A stretch of 64,000 nucleotides of DNA from Hypanus sabinus (taxonomy: Eukaryota), in the NCBI RefSeq assembly GCF_030144855.1, contig NC_082725.1, positions 17,732,001 through 17,796,000 of the forward strand, in the 5' to 3' direction. A program made the translations under genes and the position numbers. This document shows positions 1-12,764 of the stretch, piece after piece (position 1 is the first letter of the stretch; each line of letters begins with the position of its first letter). The notes beneath the pieces were generated by a model. The model saw nothing but the letters and a program-made list of their open reading frames with translations, was not told the origin of the DNA and made no database searches.

Positions 1-155
1 CCCCCATTCTGATGTCTGGTCTGAACTACAACTGAACCTCTTGGCCATGTCTGAGTGCTTTTATGCATTGAGTTGCTGCCACACGATTCGTTGATTAGAT
101 ATTTGCATTAAGGAGCAGCTGTACAGGTGTATCTAATAAAAGTAGCCACTGAGTG
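1..155. mobile_element. Tc1/mariner-type MITE, right end
   Basis: TIR GTATCTAATAAAAGTAGCCACTGAGTG followed by TA. Confidence 0.7.
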
Positions 156-1409
156 TACAACCAGAAGGTCTCTGCAGGACCATGATCCAGATGGAGCGGT
201 GACTTTGCTGGAGAAACTTGAGATGGATGTGGAGCTAAATTCAATCATTAGTCAGTATCAAACAGGGGAAGTAAACTGTTGGCCATAAAATCAGACTCAT
301 GACATATCACCATATAACCCATATTGATTGTTCAATGTAATATGAAGTACTGGCTCTCCGAGTAACATGAAATATTAGATGACTTGTTTCAAGAATTTTT
401 GCTTTGAAATTGCAATATGTGTAGCCACCAATGAACTAATATTAAAAATGTCAATTCTTTGTTGAGGTTGTGAATGAAAGTGTATAAAACACAATAAGGT
501 GAATTCCTGTCAAAAATAATAGCAGACTCACTCCTTGTTCTGCAAAAGAAACTTTAAATTTGCCAACACACTCATTCATCTCAAATTTCCAGGACAAGTA
601 AAGGGAGGAAATGAAAAAAATTGTTTCTTACATCCAACCTGACTTCTGGAGAGATGATCAACCACAGGTACTTCCTTAAATGTGCCCAAATTACTATCAT
701 ACATGTTATTTTTTTTCCTTTTGGCCTCTCAAAAGACTTTGGCCCAAAAAAATTGAGTGAGATGGAATAACATTCTTCTCGGGTATGACAGCCCATAGAA
801 CTTGACGCAGCCACTATTTTATTTATCGTGCCGACACCTGAGGCAATTCCAATGCGGAATGACGTCAAAGGAGTTACACTATCATCCCAGATACTGGTTG
901 ACCTTTCCCATCTTAATACTGCACCTCACTTTAACAAGCCACCCAGTAGATTAGAGCCACGCTCCAGGACCAAAAGGAAATGATTCTACCTATATTGGCT
1001 CCACTCCAGAATCCAAAGTCATCCCAACTTCAGTCACCACAATTGTAAGGGCACATTTTTAGAGGTGGAACACTAAGTCACATTGCTTCAGCACTGAAGT
1101 GTCTGAAACATTCACAATACAAAGATTCTCCAGCAATCTTCACATGACGGATAACAACATCCTCCAAGAGAGGAACATTTTGGTTTCAACCAAGCCATTG
1201 AAGGTGTTTGGAGTTTGTGGAATGAGCGAGGATAATGGTTGGTATCATGAGTTTCCGATCAGGAATGGACATGACAAGTAAGTGGAAAAACTAAGATATT
1301 TCCCACAAGTTGAGAGCCACTGCTCAGTGGAGGCAAATATCAGTGATGAAGTTTACCTTTTTCCTCCGGAGTGACAACACTTTCTTTAGGCCTCTGAAGA
1401 AAATGAACA

Positions 1410-1890
1410 TAGAATAGTAGAGCACAGTACAAGCCCTTCAGCCCACAATGTTGTGCCAATCTTTTAACCTACTCCAGGATCAATCTGACCCTACCCTTCC
1501 ACATAGCCCTCCATTTTTCTTATATCCCTGTGCTTATCTAAGGGTCTTTTAAATGTCCCTGAAGTATCAGCCTCTACCAGCAGAATGTTTCACACAAACC
1601 ATCACACTCTCTCTGTAAAAAAACATGCCTCTGTCATCTCCCCTATACTTTCCTCCAATCACCTTAAAATTATGCCCTCTTGTATTAGCCATTTCTGCTC
1701 CGGGAAAAAGTCACTGGCTGTGCACTCTTATCTTCTTGTACACCTCTATCAAGTCACCTCTCGTCCTGCTCCTTTCCATTAGAGAAAAGTACTAACTCAC
1801 TCAAACTACCTCATAAAACATGCTCTCTGATCCAGGCAGCATCCTGGTAAATCTCCTCTGTGCCCTCTCTAAAGCCTCTGCATCCCTACC
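1410..1890 (-). mobile_element. CR1 3' fragment
   Basis: CR1 3' end (CATAGAATAG...GCACAGTACAAGCCCTTCAGCCCACAATG) plus decayed ORF2 C-terminus. Confidence 0.75.
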
Positions 1891-2516
1891 ATAGAAAGTT
1901 TGAAGATCATGTGCTCAATCTGAGCAGATAACTTAAATACGGAGGAGCAGTGATCCACGCACTCCCATCTGAAGTTTGGCTGCATACAACCACAACCACA
2001 AAACACTAGAGAGTTAGCATCTGTACTGTCTCTGCCAGAACCTCTCATGCCAACATCTCCAGCATTAAAGTTCTAATTACATGTAGGTGTTGTCCATAGC
2101 AAGAGAACATGGTTTGTACACCTCACAAATGACTGGCAATATAGATATTCTATTCTGAGCTCAGTCACAGCTAATAATTATTAGTAAACTGAGCAAGAAA
2201 TGTCAAAGTTATTCTCAAAGCCCACTTGAAAAAGTGTAACATTCTGCACTGACTTGTGGGAATCCTGGCCCATAGCAACTCAAAGAAGAGAAAGAATGTT
2301 TGGGATGACTTCAAGAACTTCACATCCGTACATCAGGAAGACTGAAGTTCAGCATAAACAGCAGAGTGTGTGCACGTGCTCCCAAGCACCTCACCAAACA
2401 TCTCGGTTCCACCTGCGGCAGAGGCCTCAAGCTCTGCCTTGACACCAAAGTCCAAAGAACTGGAAACAAATCATCAATTGAGCAAAATGTTCTGCTGAAG
2501 AAAGAGACTTCCTTAG

Positions 2517-2650
2517 TCCTGATGAAGCATCTCAGGCAGAAACACCGATCGTCTTTTCCTCTATATTGATGCTACCTGACTTGATGAGTTCCTCCTGCTT
2601 TTTATGTGTATTTCTCTGGATTTCCAGCATCTGCAGAATCTGTTGTGTTT
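2517..2650 (+). mobile_element. Short Penelope-derived repeat starting with a minimal hammerhead core; 13-bp TSD
   Basis: CTGATGA..GAAAC at 2519-2543; GAGACTTCCTTAG at 2504-2516 and 2651-2663. Confidence 0.8.
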
Positions 2651-3104
2651 GAGACTTCCTTAGAATTGCTCCAATAACAAAGAGTTAGCCATGAAGTGAT
2701 AAATAATAGAAAGAGCTAATAAATGTGTGCCATCTGCTGGACTTCTGTGAAATTTCATCATCTTTATGCACTTTGACTCATTAAGCCAATGCCTTTAAAC
2801 TAATTTATTTTTAACATCAGTTGTTTGTCTTCATAAATTCAGTGGTGTATACTTTTGCAATAGTGCAGGCCTTTCTTTATCCATGAATTAAGTCAGTTGA
2901 TGCAATGTACTAGTTAAAGTACAGCAGACTTTTGCAAGCAACTTCTTTAATCAAGTATGGAGGTGAATTGTAAACATGTGACTGCCATCATGATTTAGTG
3001 GCTGTTAAAAAAAAGTCTGCATTTCATGTAGGTAATTTTACTCATATTTATTAACTATTTCCCCATTTGTTTTGCTTAACTTCGCTTTCGTTATTTATTT
3101 ATCT

Positions 3105-3356
3105 AGAGTAGGCCCTTCCAGCGCCACCCAGTAATCCCCTGATTAACGCCTAGCCTAATCATGGAATAATCTGCAGTGACCAATTAACCCACCAATCAGT
3201 ACCTCTTTGGACTGTGGGAAGAAACCGAGCACCCTGAAGAAACCAACACGCAGTCATGAGGAGAACAGACAAACTCCTTACAGACAGCAGCGGGAATTGA
3301 ACCCAGGTTGCTGGTACTGGAAAGCGTTGTGCTAACCACTATGCTACCATGCCACC
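3105..3356 (-). mobile_element. tRNA-derived V-SINE/HE1-like SINE
   Basis: A box TAGCATAGTGG, B box GGTTCAATTCC, central CTGTAAGGAGTTTG..GGTTTCTTCCCACAGTCCAAAG. Confidence 0.8.
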
Positions 3357-3594
3357 CCCAATCACTGGTCTTTTCTTCCGCTAATCCTTTCCAGCTGTGC
3401 AATCTATTAGCAAGGCAGTACAACTGGATGGTTGGACCACGAGATCCTAAAGGAGAAGTACAATTAGGCTCACGGTTTCCAGCATCTGCAGAATCTCTTG
3501 CATTTGCAGTCATGGAAAAGTCAGTATAGTTACTACTGGGAAAGACTTCTCTTTATTTTTGTGTAACAACACAGTGCCAATAACTTATAAACAT

Positions 3595-3890
3595 AAGACG
3601 TTCTGCAGATGCTGGAAATCCAATGCAATGCGCACAAATTGCTGGAGGAACTCAGCAGGTCAGGCAGCATCTACAGAGGGAAGTAAACAGTCAACAGGAC
3701 TAGAAGGAAAGGGGCAGAAGCCATAATAAGCCTTTGGGGGGAAGGGAAGGAGTACAAGCAAGATGGTAGGCAATAGGTGAGATCAGGTGAAGGGAAAGGT
3801 CAGTGGGTAAGGTGGGAAGGATGAAGTAAAAAGCTGGGAGATGATGGATGGAAGAGGGCTGGACAAAAAGGAATCTAATAGGAATATCAA
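3595..3890 (-). mobile_element. Penelope-type terminal repeat plus purine-rich UTR, hammerhead core deleted
   Basis: TGCTGGAGGAACTCAGCAGGTCAGGCAGCATC..CAGTCAAC|AGGACT. Confidence 0.7.
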
Positions 3891-4948
3891 TGTTTACTAT
3901 TTTTTTAATACAAGTACACAGAGAAAACCCCTACACTATGGAGTATAGGTATGGGTCACGATGGATAACCAAATGTATAGAAGGCAATGAGAAAGGCTAT
4001 GAAGGTGATCAATTGCTCTTTCCTATATTGATTTTGTGTTATGTATCATGTTCACATATCATCTTCATCTCTTCTTCATTGATATACATTGGCAAAGACA
4101 CACTCCTCACCTATCACTGTGGTACAAGAAGATCTGATCATTATCAAATGATTAGTTTTGGGACCCTGCTGTGCACAAATTGGTTCTTGCGTTTCCTGTG
4201 TTATGCCAATGTGTGCTCTTCAAAAGTGCTTCATTAGCTGTTAAAGAACTTGGAACACCCAGAGGTTGCAAAATGTGCTATGTAAACATTAAATCATGTT
4301 TTTGTCATTTTAAATCTGAGCAAACAGCTGATCAATAGAACATTACTGAAACCTTTAAAACCGGCAAAACACATTGGGGCATAAATTGGATACAGCAAGT
4401 AAACAGATCTTGTTTTATTAATCTGTGTAAATTTGGCCCAGTGCAAGACAAGCAGAAGATCTTTACTGCAAACTCATGATTATGATAGCAGTGACCAGCA
4501 AGGTTAGTAACTGTTCATTTCTGTGGCCATATCCACCAGGCTCCACTTCATGTATTTCTCACACTAATTCAGCCTGGGATCACAACCAAGGGTGCAAGTT
4601 ATTTGAACGTGTGTTTGAGTTGGAAGCTGTAGCTGAGCAAGGGTGAAAAGAGATTGCAAATTTCAAATATGACTTCCCCACAGAGGCTACTGGAACTCAC
4701 CAAGTCAGATATTCAAATCCTTACGGGAGGAGGCAGTAGTGAAATGGGTGGAATAATTCCAGCCCCAGGAAGTGGCCACAATCTTGTAAGAAGTTAAAAT
4801 ATCTCAGATGTACAAAAAAAAAGTTCAATCTCCACGATCAAATCCAGCCTCTAACAACTATGACTTAAGTCCCAAACTTTGCCTCAAGCAATGCAACGCA
4901 TCATTCACCTCCCAACTAACCCTACCCATCAGAGTTGCAGCTCCTGTC

Positions 4949-5848
4949 CAATGTTCCTCCAATTATTTTTACAGCTGCACAGACCAACCAATGTTCTGAG
5001 CATAACATTTTTACATGGCCTGAAAACTGTGCAGCACTTTAAATTCTTTTTGTAATATGCATACTATGAATATTTAAAATTAAAATTGAAAAATTACATA
5101 CTTTTGATTTTATTTATTATAACCGTATAACCATTTAACAATTACAGCACAGAAGCAGGCCATCTTGGCCCTTCTAGTCCGTGCCGAATGCTTACTCTCA
5201 CCTAGTCCCACCGACCTGCACTCAGCCTCTATTCCTTTCTTGTCCATATACCTATCCAATTTTACTTTAAATGACAATACCGAACCTGCCTCTACCACTT
5301 CTACTGTAAGCTCTTTCCACACAGCTACCACTCTCTGAGTAAAGAAACTCCCCCTCGTGTTACTCCTAAACTTTTGCCCCCTAACTCTCAACTCACGTCC
5401 TCTTGTTTGAATCTCCCCTACTCTCAATGGAAAAAGCCTATCCACATCAACTCTATCTATCCCCCTCATAATTTTAAATACCTCTATCAAGTCCCCCCTC
5501 AACCTTCTACGCTCCAAAGAATAAAGACCTAACTTGTTCAACCTTTCCCTGTAACTTAGGTGCTGAAACCCAGGTAACAGTCTGGTAAATCTCCTCTGCA
5601 CTCTCTCGATTTTGTTGACATCTTTCCTATAATTTGGTGACCAGAACTGTACACAATACCCCAAATAATTCAAACTCAAAATAATTGAAGGGTATAATGA
5701 AATACAGTACAACAAAAAAAATCATTTACGTTTCATAAACCTTTCCTAGCTGCATCGAATTCCTGTTTCGCAGCAACCATGGCTATGTGAGCTGGGACAT
5801 TTCAGTTACTGCACGGCCATGCACACGCACAGCTTAGAGGGCATAGTG
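4949..5848. mobile_element. hAT-like non-autonomous element interrupted by CR1
   Basis: Ends CAATGTTCCTCC / GCTTAGAGGGCATAGTG; homologous to 51040-51632. Confidence 0.5.
5118..5665 (-). mobile_element. 5'-truncated CR1 3' fragment, same young subfamily as 56275-60762
   Basis: YCVQFWSPNYRKDVNKIERVQRRFTR... nearly identical to 60225-60760; (TTATATGG)-like tail. Confidence 0.93.
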
Positions 5849-5974
5849 CTTCGGGTACAGCTTTACCCTACAGCAAATTAGCACTGCCAACTATTCAGCC
5901 ATGAGGGAAACATCACTGAGAGATCTTTATTGATTTATTTATTATTTATTTCTTTATCAAACAGCAGTAAATCA

Positions 5975-6072
5975 GGGCAACTGGACTTGCTGTGTTCTGT
6001 AGAAGATGTTTTCTCACTCATCCGAGAGGCTTCTTCAGTTCTGATCCATGGTGGCCTATGAACTAACAACTC
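5975..6072 (-). mobile_element. Penelope (Poseidon-type) terminal-repeat relic with decayed hammerhead
   Basis: Minus strand GAA-CTGAAGA-AGCCTCTCGGATGAGTGAG-AAAA-CATC-TTC..GCAAGTCCAGTTG. Confidence 0.6.
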
Positions 6073-7271
6073 ACAGTGTAATTCATCCCTAATTCTTTTT
6101 ACCTTCAATTTACCAGTCTCACATGAACTTAGAAATGGCAGATGGCTTAAGGTCTTGACATTCCACTCTTCCCCTCACTCTATCTTTATCCTGGTGTTCT
6201 TCTCCTTTCAAGTCTCATGGCTCCCACCTGGCCAACTGACAGCAGCTCATCCTCAAGGCAACAAAGAGGAAGACACTTCATCACCATTCCTGATCCACTC
6301 AGCAGTCAGCTCAAATTTTGAACGTTGCAGGCAAGAAATGGCATCTTTAAGCAGTGAGTCATTAGGCACAAGTGGTGGACAGAGTGACTCAGAAATTCTC
6401 CGCAGAGCCAAGACAAACACCATTTCTGCTCCAGGAAGTTCAGAAGGTGAATTTGATGGTGCAAGCGAAAATTAGAATGAATTTCGTGGTCTACTGGCAG
6501 GACTGCCAAGAGTCTGTGTGAAATCTCATGGGGAGGACAAACTCCAGTCTAGTGCTGTGCTCAGCTTTGCACAAAGCCAGGTGCCCATATCTTTCCAGAC
6601 TAGATACACCTATCAGTCCCCTTTCAAGACTTGTGTGACTAACGTCATGCTGATTCGATTTGGGTGAAATTTCAGTTTGCATTGCAGAGCAAGCAGAAGG
6701 CATCACTCCAAACCAAATCAAGTCTGGAGATGAAGGTATCATTGTTAAAAAGGATTTACTGTGTTTCACAGTGGGTTCAGTTGCCTGTCCTCCAACATGT
6801 TTTCATAAAGTGCTGGAAAGAAACATGAGAAGTTGGAATGTTCTAAATATCATCATGCTGAGTTTATTAATATGAAGATATGGGTAGCAACTCTGGGTCT
6901 ATGTCCAGACATTCCTCATCTGGGATGAGCTAGCAGAAGGATTAACAGTTTGTTTCTATTACAGAAATGTTTTTGGAAAGGGTTGGATATACTCCAGCAG
7001 AATGGTTAATTCCAGAGGAGGAGGTTATATAAATGTTGATAAGGCTGATAATGCTGAGAATGTGAATGATCTCATAAATCCTGCAAGGTAACCTTAATTG
7101 ATGAAAGTATGATACTAATGAGTTCTGCATGGCCAGTTGAAGAACAACCACCTTTTCAATGAGCAGCCATTTAAAACTAGCACTGAAGATCAATACCTTC
7201 TGAGTAAGCATAAAGCCAGCTAGGGCTCCCTCATCCACACTTGATACTCTCCACGTCAATTACTCAATGGC

Positions 7272-7640
7272 CATAGAAACATAGAATAGAAAACCTACAG
7301 CACAATACAGGCCCTTCAGCCCACAAAGCTGTGCCAAACATGTCCTTACCTTAGAAATTACCTAGGGTTACCCATAGCCCTCTATTTTTCTGAGCTCCAT
7401 GTAGCCATCCAGGAGTCTCTTAAAAGACCCTATCGTATCCACCTCCACCACCGTCGCCGGCAGCCCATTCCACGCACTCACCACTCTCTGCATAAAAAAA
7501 GTGCCCCTGATATCTCCTCTGTACCTACTTCCAAGCACCTTAAAACTGTGCCCTCTTGTGCTAGACATTCCAGACCTGGGAAAAAGCCTCTGACTATCCA
7601 CACGATCAATGCCTCTATCAGGTTACCTCTCATCCTCCAC
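7272..7640 (-). mobile_element. CR1 3' fragment
   Basis: RLFPR..TRGHSFKV..FFMQRVVSAWNGLP. Confidence 0.85.
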
Positions 7641-7684
7641 CAGGGCATGCTGACATTTGAATTCAATATACTATGACCCATCTA

Positions 7685-8176
7685 CATTCTGTGGCCACTT
7701 TACTAGGTACACCTGGACACCAGTTTGTTAATGCAGATATCTTATCAGCTAACCATATGGCAGCATCTCAAAGCTAAAAGAATGGTCAAGAGGTTCAGTT
7801 GTTGTTCAGACCAAACATCAGAATGGGGAATAAATGTGATCTTAAGGACTGACCGTGGCATGATATATTGAAGACAGACAGAATGGTTTGAGAACCTTGG
7901 AAACTGCTGACCTCCTGTGATTTTCATGCTCAACAGACTCTAGAATATAGAGTGAATAGTGCAAAAAACAACAAAACTTCCTGTGGATGGCAATTCCGTG
8001 GATGAAAATGCCTCAATAATGAGAGCAGTCAAAGGAGAATTCTAACAGGAAGGTGACAATAAACTCAAATAAACACACATTACAACAGTGGTGTGCAGAA
8101 GAGCGTTTCTGAATGCACAACACGTCGAACCTGAAAGTGGATGTATGGGTTACCCTAATAACATGGCCACTCTGTG
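7685..8176. mobile_element. Tc1/mariner-type MITE
   Basis: Decayed TIRs GTGGCCACTTTACTAGGTAC / TAATAACATGGCCACTCTGTG with TA flanks. Confidence 0.75.
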
Positions 8177-8339
8177 TATGTGCACATTATGTTGTTTTTA
8201 GATATCATAGGTACAATTCTCTCCCTGTTCCTACCGCTGTGCCGATCCAAAGACATAGTCACTGTTTGCACTTCTTGCACAATCAATGGGCAGTAGCAAA
8301 TGAAGTGAGGGTTATTACAGGAGGCTTTTGCAGACTTAC

Positions 8340-8483
8340 CGTGTATATACCAGCCACAGGTATTAGATCTTTTGCATATGTTAAGTAGAAATAAGTCTTG
8401 TTGAAGGAACCCTCTGAAGTTAATCTATAATAAATAGACCAAATAGCAGGACTGCTCGGCTCTGCTCTGGTTAACATACCTAC
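8340..8483 (-). CDS. Candidate internal coding exon of an unidentified host gene
   Basis: ttaccttttacag acceptor and ACG|gtaagt donor; 144 nt, phase 0-0, single open frame VGMLTRAEPSSPAIWSIYYRLTSEGSFNKTYFYLTYAKDLIPVAGIYT; non-repetitive context. Confidence 0.35.
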
Positions 8484-8669
8484 CTGTAAAAGGTAAATCA
8501 CCTCAAACATTTATCTCTAAAAAAAAATTCCTTCTGGAACCAAGAGGAATAGAAGTTCCACCTCAGCACCATTGACATCACCCTGACCCAATATTCTTTA
8601 CAATGCCCTTCTAAAGTTTAATTCTAATCCCCCACCAAGTTATAAAGTGACTTGACATTTGGGGTTTTC

Positions 8670-9030
8670 CATTCCCCATTCTGGCTCTCCTCTTACCCCT
8701 TCTCTTTTCCTCATCTGCCCATCATCTCCCTCTGGTGTCCCCCTTCCTTCCCTTTCTCCCGCAATCCACTGTCCTCTCATATCAGGTTGATATTCGTCAT
8801 CCCTTCATTTCTTCCACCTATCACTTCCCATCTTCTTACCTCATCCCCTCTTCCTCACCCATACCTAGTACCTAGTACCTGCCAGCTTGTACCCTGTATC
8901 CTCCCACCAGCTTCAACCCCCTTCATTTCCAGCCCTACTGAAAGGTCTCAGCACAAACTTTTGACTTTATTCATTTTCATAGGTGCTCTCTGACCTGCTG
9001 AGTTCCTCCAGTATTTTCCGTGTGTTGCCC
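8670..9030 (+). mobile_element. Penelope-type 3' UTR and terminal repeat (decayed)
   Basis: Pyrimidine-rich tract followed by CTGACCTGCTGAGTTCCTCCAG. Confidence 0.65.
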
Positions 9031-9754
9031 TAACACTCTGGAGTTTCAATGAGCATGTCAAGTCAGCATTGGGTCAGACCATACCACATCTAGATCCTAA
9101 GATGTGCCAGGGCAAATCTCTATCTTAATATATATTTTGCTTAATATGATCCTCTCTATTTCTCTCCAATTCTTTTATCCAAACTAGTGAACTATGATGT
9201 CCCCAAATAAATCTGCTGTAAGTATCCAAGTACCAAGGGTATAAACATACTCTGCAGCAGTGCAATAAACATCCGGTTCCTCTTAGTCACATTCTAATTC
9301 AATCGGGGTTCAACAAAAAAAAAAACCTGGTCCTCAAATATGTGTAGATATGATATGTCTTTTTAGCAGGCATCAACACTTAAATTCTCTCTTTAAAAAT
9401 ATGATGAGGTGATATTGGTTCCCTGATACAGGTTAATTTGCAGTTGAGAAATTTCTGAATGACCTGTCTGTCAAAATGCATGAAAGTTCTGTAGGTTTAT
9501 CCAATGAGTGGACAAGACAAGCGATTCCAAGTTCAACATATTGTTGACACTAAGGAAGCTCATTTCAGCCAGAAGGCAATAAAGGCACCATCAATAGTGA
9601 GCATTGTCATTCCTGAATGCTATCTAGTAAACTGTAACTGTATGAGCATGATTGTTAGCTAATGACTGGACCATATAATTAGGCTGAACTGTGATAAATT
9701 TGTGACAGCCACCCCCTTTCCCTTTTATGTTGATAAATTTATAAACAACAAATA

Positions 9755-10231
9755 CACTCAGCGACCACTTTATTAGGTACCACTTATATACTTGATCATT
9801 AATGCAAATATGTCAGACATGTGGCGGTACAAAAATGAGCAGACATGGTCAAGATGTTCAGTTGTTGTTCAGACCAAACGTCAGATGGGGAAGAAGTGTC
9901 TGACTGTGGAATAATTGTTGGTGCCAGACAGAGTGATTTAAATATCTCCGAAACTGGTGATCTGAGATTTTCACTAGAATTTACAGAGAATAGACGAAGA
10001 AACAACAAAACATCCAGTGAGTGACAGTTCTGTGGGCAAAAACACCTTGTATTTGAGAGAGGTCAGAGGAGAATGGCCAGACTGGTTCAAGCTGACAGGA
10101 ATGTGACAGTAACACATATAACCACACATTACAACAGTGGTAGGTAGACGAGCATCTCTGAATACACAACACATTGAGTCTTGAACACCACATAATTTCA
10201 CTCCTGTACCTAATAAAATGCCCACTGAGTG
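9755..10231. mobile_element. Tc1/mariner-type MITE, same family (partial copy also at about 53630-53840)
   Basis: CACTCAGCGACCACTTTATTAGGTAC / GTACCTAATAAAATGCCCACTGAGTG. Confidence 0.8.
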
Positions 10232-10314
10232 TTTAATAAATGAATCAGATTTGCACTTTGAAATTTCCGCAGATTAATTTTCTCCAATGAAACAATCATA
10301 GAGTGTGTTAAACA

Positions 10315-10450
10315 GCACACACAAACTGCTGGTGGAACGCAGCAGGCCAGACAGCGTCTATAGGAAGAAGCACTGTGGATGTTTCGGGCCCAGACCCTTC
10401 ATCAGGACTAACTGAAAGGAAAGATAGCAAGAGATTTGAAAGCAGGAGGG
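10315..10450 (-). ncRNA. Best-preserved minimal type I hammerhead ribozyme motif, in a Penelope-type repeat
   Basis: Minus strand TAGTC-CTGATGA-A-GGG-TCTGGG-CCC-GAAA-CATC; conserved boxes intact, helix I and III partly decayed. Confidence 0.65.
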
Positions 10451-11653
10451 TGTTAAACAGTTTTTGAAGTTCATTTGATTTCCTGAATTGTTATTATAAG
10501 GCTCAGTAAGCCAGCTACAAATTTTGGGGCAACACAAGAGACTACTTATTCTGGAACGTGGAGCAACGCATATAGTGCTGGAGGAACTCAACAGGTCAGG
10601 CACACCAATGGAAGCAAGTGGACAATCAATGTTTTGAGTCGAGACTCTTCATCTGGATAATACTTTTGAGTTAATGCATAGGTTTATGCTGGAACAGGAC
10701 GGTCCATGTTCAAAGCAAAAGTACTACATATCCTTTGAATTTTTGATGCGATGTAGAGGAAATGGCAGGTATGGTGGGAGGGAAGATACAAGATATATTA
10801 ATAAAATATCTTCAGATTTTTGGAACTGTATGCAGTAATTGATACATCTTCAGATTAGTAAAAACTAACATTCAACATTTCTAAAGATGTTCATTAAGCA
10901 TAGGTCTAGAAGTCCCATCCCATAAAAACCCAGAGCTACAGAAATGCCAACAGAAGCTCCAAAGACCTCGTCCCTGGGAGAGAAAGGATCGTCAAAGATC
11001 AGCTATTCCTGGGGTCAACGCAAAAGCATGCTCAGGACAGAGGGACTCTGGACAGCTGTTGTTGGTAGCCAATGCCCCAGTAGGGTGTGGTGGACTTAAG
11101 AAGAAGAACAGGTGCAAGAGAGACTGCCAAAACTGGAAATCTGGAGCAACACGCACAAAATGAAGAAGGAAGTCAGCAGGCCAGGCAGCATCCATGGAGG
11201 AAAATGAAGAGTTGACGTTTCAGGCCAAGGCCCTTTATCAGGACCCTTCCTAATTCCTCTTATTCTGAAGTTCGTAAACATACCAATGCACGACAGTTTC
11301 CCCAAACTCAGTGCTAGTATTGGGGTTCTCATTTTAGGTAGGGCAGTGAGAATCAGAATACATTTGTGTGTCAGTTTATACAGTGTGTACCATTAAAGCT
11401 AAAAATTGTAAATTGTTCAACACATTGTGACTCATTACCTGAAGATGAGTGTATCAGTTGTGCAATATGCTTCTAATACCTCTTGCTTTGCGAAATTTAC
11501 TTAATAAAACCACAAATTATTTCTAATGTATATAATTAAAAACCATGAGTCACAAAAGATTTTGCAGGAATTCTTTTTGTATCTGCATCCCTTTTTGAAT
11601 GTATCATTGTGGTTACATGAATTGCTAAATCCCCTTTCTCTGTGGAAAGGGTG

Positions 11654-11656
<3 letters not shown>

Positions 11657-11699
<43 letters not shown>
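11657..11699 (+). repeat. (GA)n microsatellite
   Basis: About 21 perfect GA units. Confidence 0.97.
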
Positions 11700-11701
<2 letters not shown>

Positions 11702-12764
11702 TGTGGCATGTCAAGGTTTATGGACTGTAGTTGTTGGTGGATTGCATATCATGGGCTCTTTGGGGGCTTGCTTGGTAGGTGGGTGCTACTGCACGTTGGG
11801 TGGTGGGTGAGGGGAGGAGGCGGGGGCAGTTGGTACCTTACCGCTGCTTGTGCATGGGAGAGGGGTGGGCGGGCTTTGGTGTTCTAACTTCTTTCTGTCA
11901 TTAATTCTTTGGGAGCCATCTTCTGTTTTGCGGATGCCTGTGAAGTGTAACGAGGTCAGGTTGTAAACTGTACTCATTCTCTGATATTAAATGGGACCAC
12001 TGAACCTAACCCACTGAGCAGTGGAATTATTTCTGAGGGTAACATAAAGGAGTTGAATGTTATACACTTTCAAGTCCTTTACATTCCTATCATTTTGCAT
12101 CAACATTTTATTCCCATTGTGGGGTGGTTAGTATCAGTGCCACACGGCCTCAGCTGATGAAGGCCATTACTAGACAGAGCAAAGCTTCTTTCTCTTCTGT
12201 CACATTGACGTGCCTTGACACAGTCTTAAAAGACCCCAAAGCATGTGCTGTGATATTGGTTTTCACCACTCGTATCTGCTAGCTGCATTTCTCTGAAGTA
12301 CAATCCACAACTGAGTGTGAATTTCTGGGTATTTATATACTGTCACTCTTCAGCCACAGGGAATGGGGGTAAGACTGCTTTGACAAATTAAATAAAACTC
12401 TTGTCAACATTAATTCCATAAATCCAAGCTGAGTGTTTGATGCAATGATAAAAAGGAAAGTATGCTATCTCATCTGGGTATTTATTAATTCTGCAGTATT
12501 CCAAAGTAAACAATACTGAATCCGCAATTCAGCTCTATTGATTTATAGGCAACTGAAATAATTTTTTAGCTTGATGTTATATGAGGTGTCAATTCACTAT
12601 CAGTCATTTCACACAATCGCTGAGTAAGCATCTATCGCATTCCGTTCTCCAGTCCCTAAGAATGCTTCCTATAGACACATTCCATGAAAATGTTCCAAAC
12701 TTTTCAAATACTTCCTTGTAATAAGTAAGTTATCTTTTCAACACTTGTAACCTATATGTTGAAG

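Noticed and set aside
11642-11887. ER-repeat protein
   Set aside because: Translation of the (GA)n microsatellite
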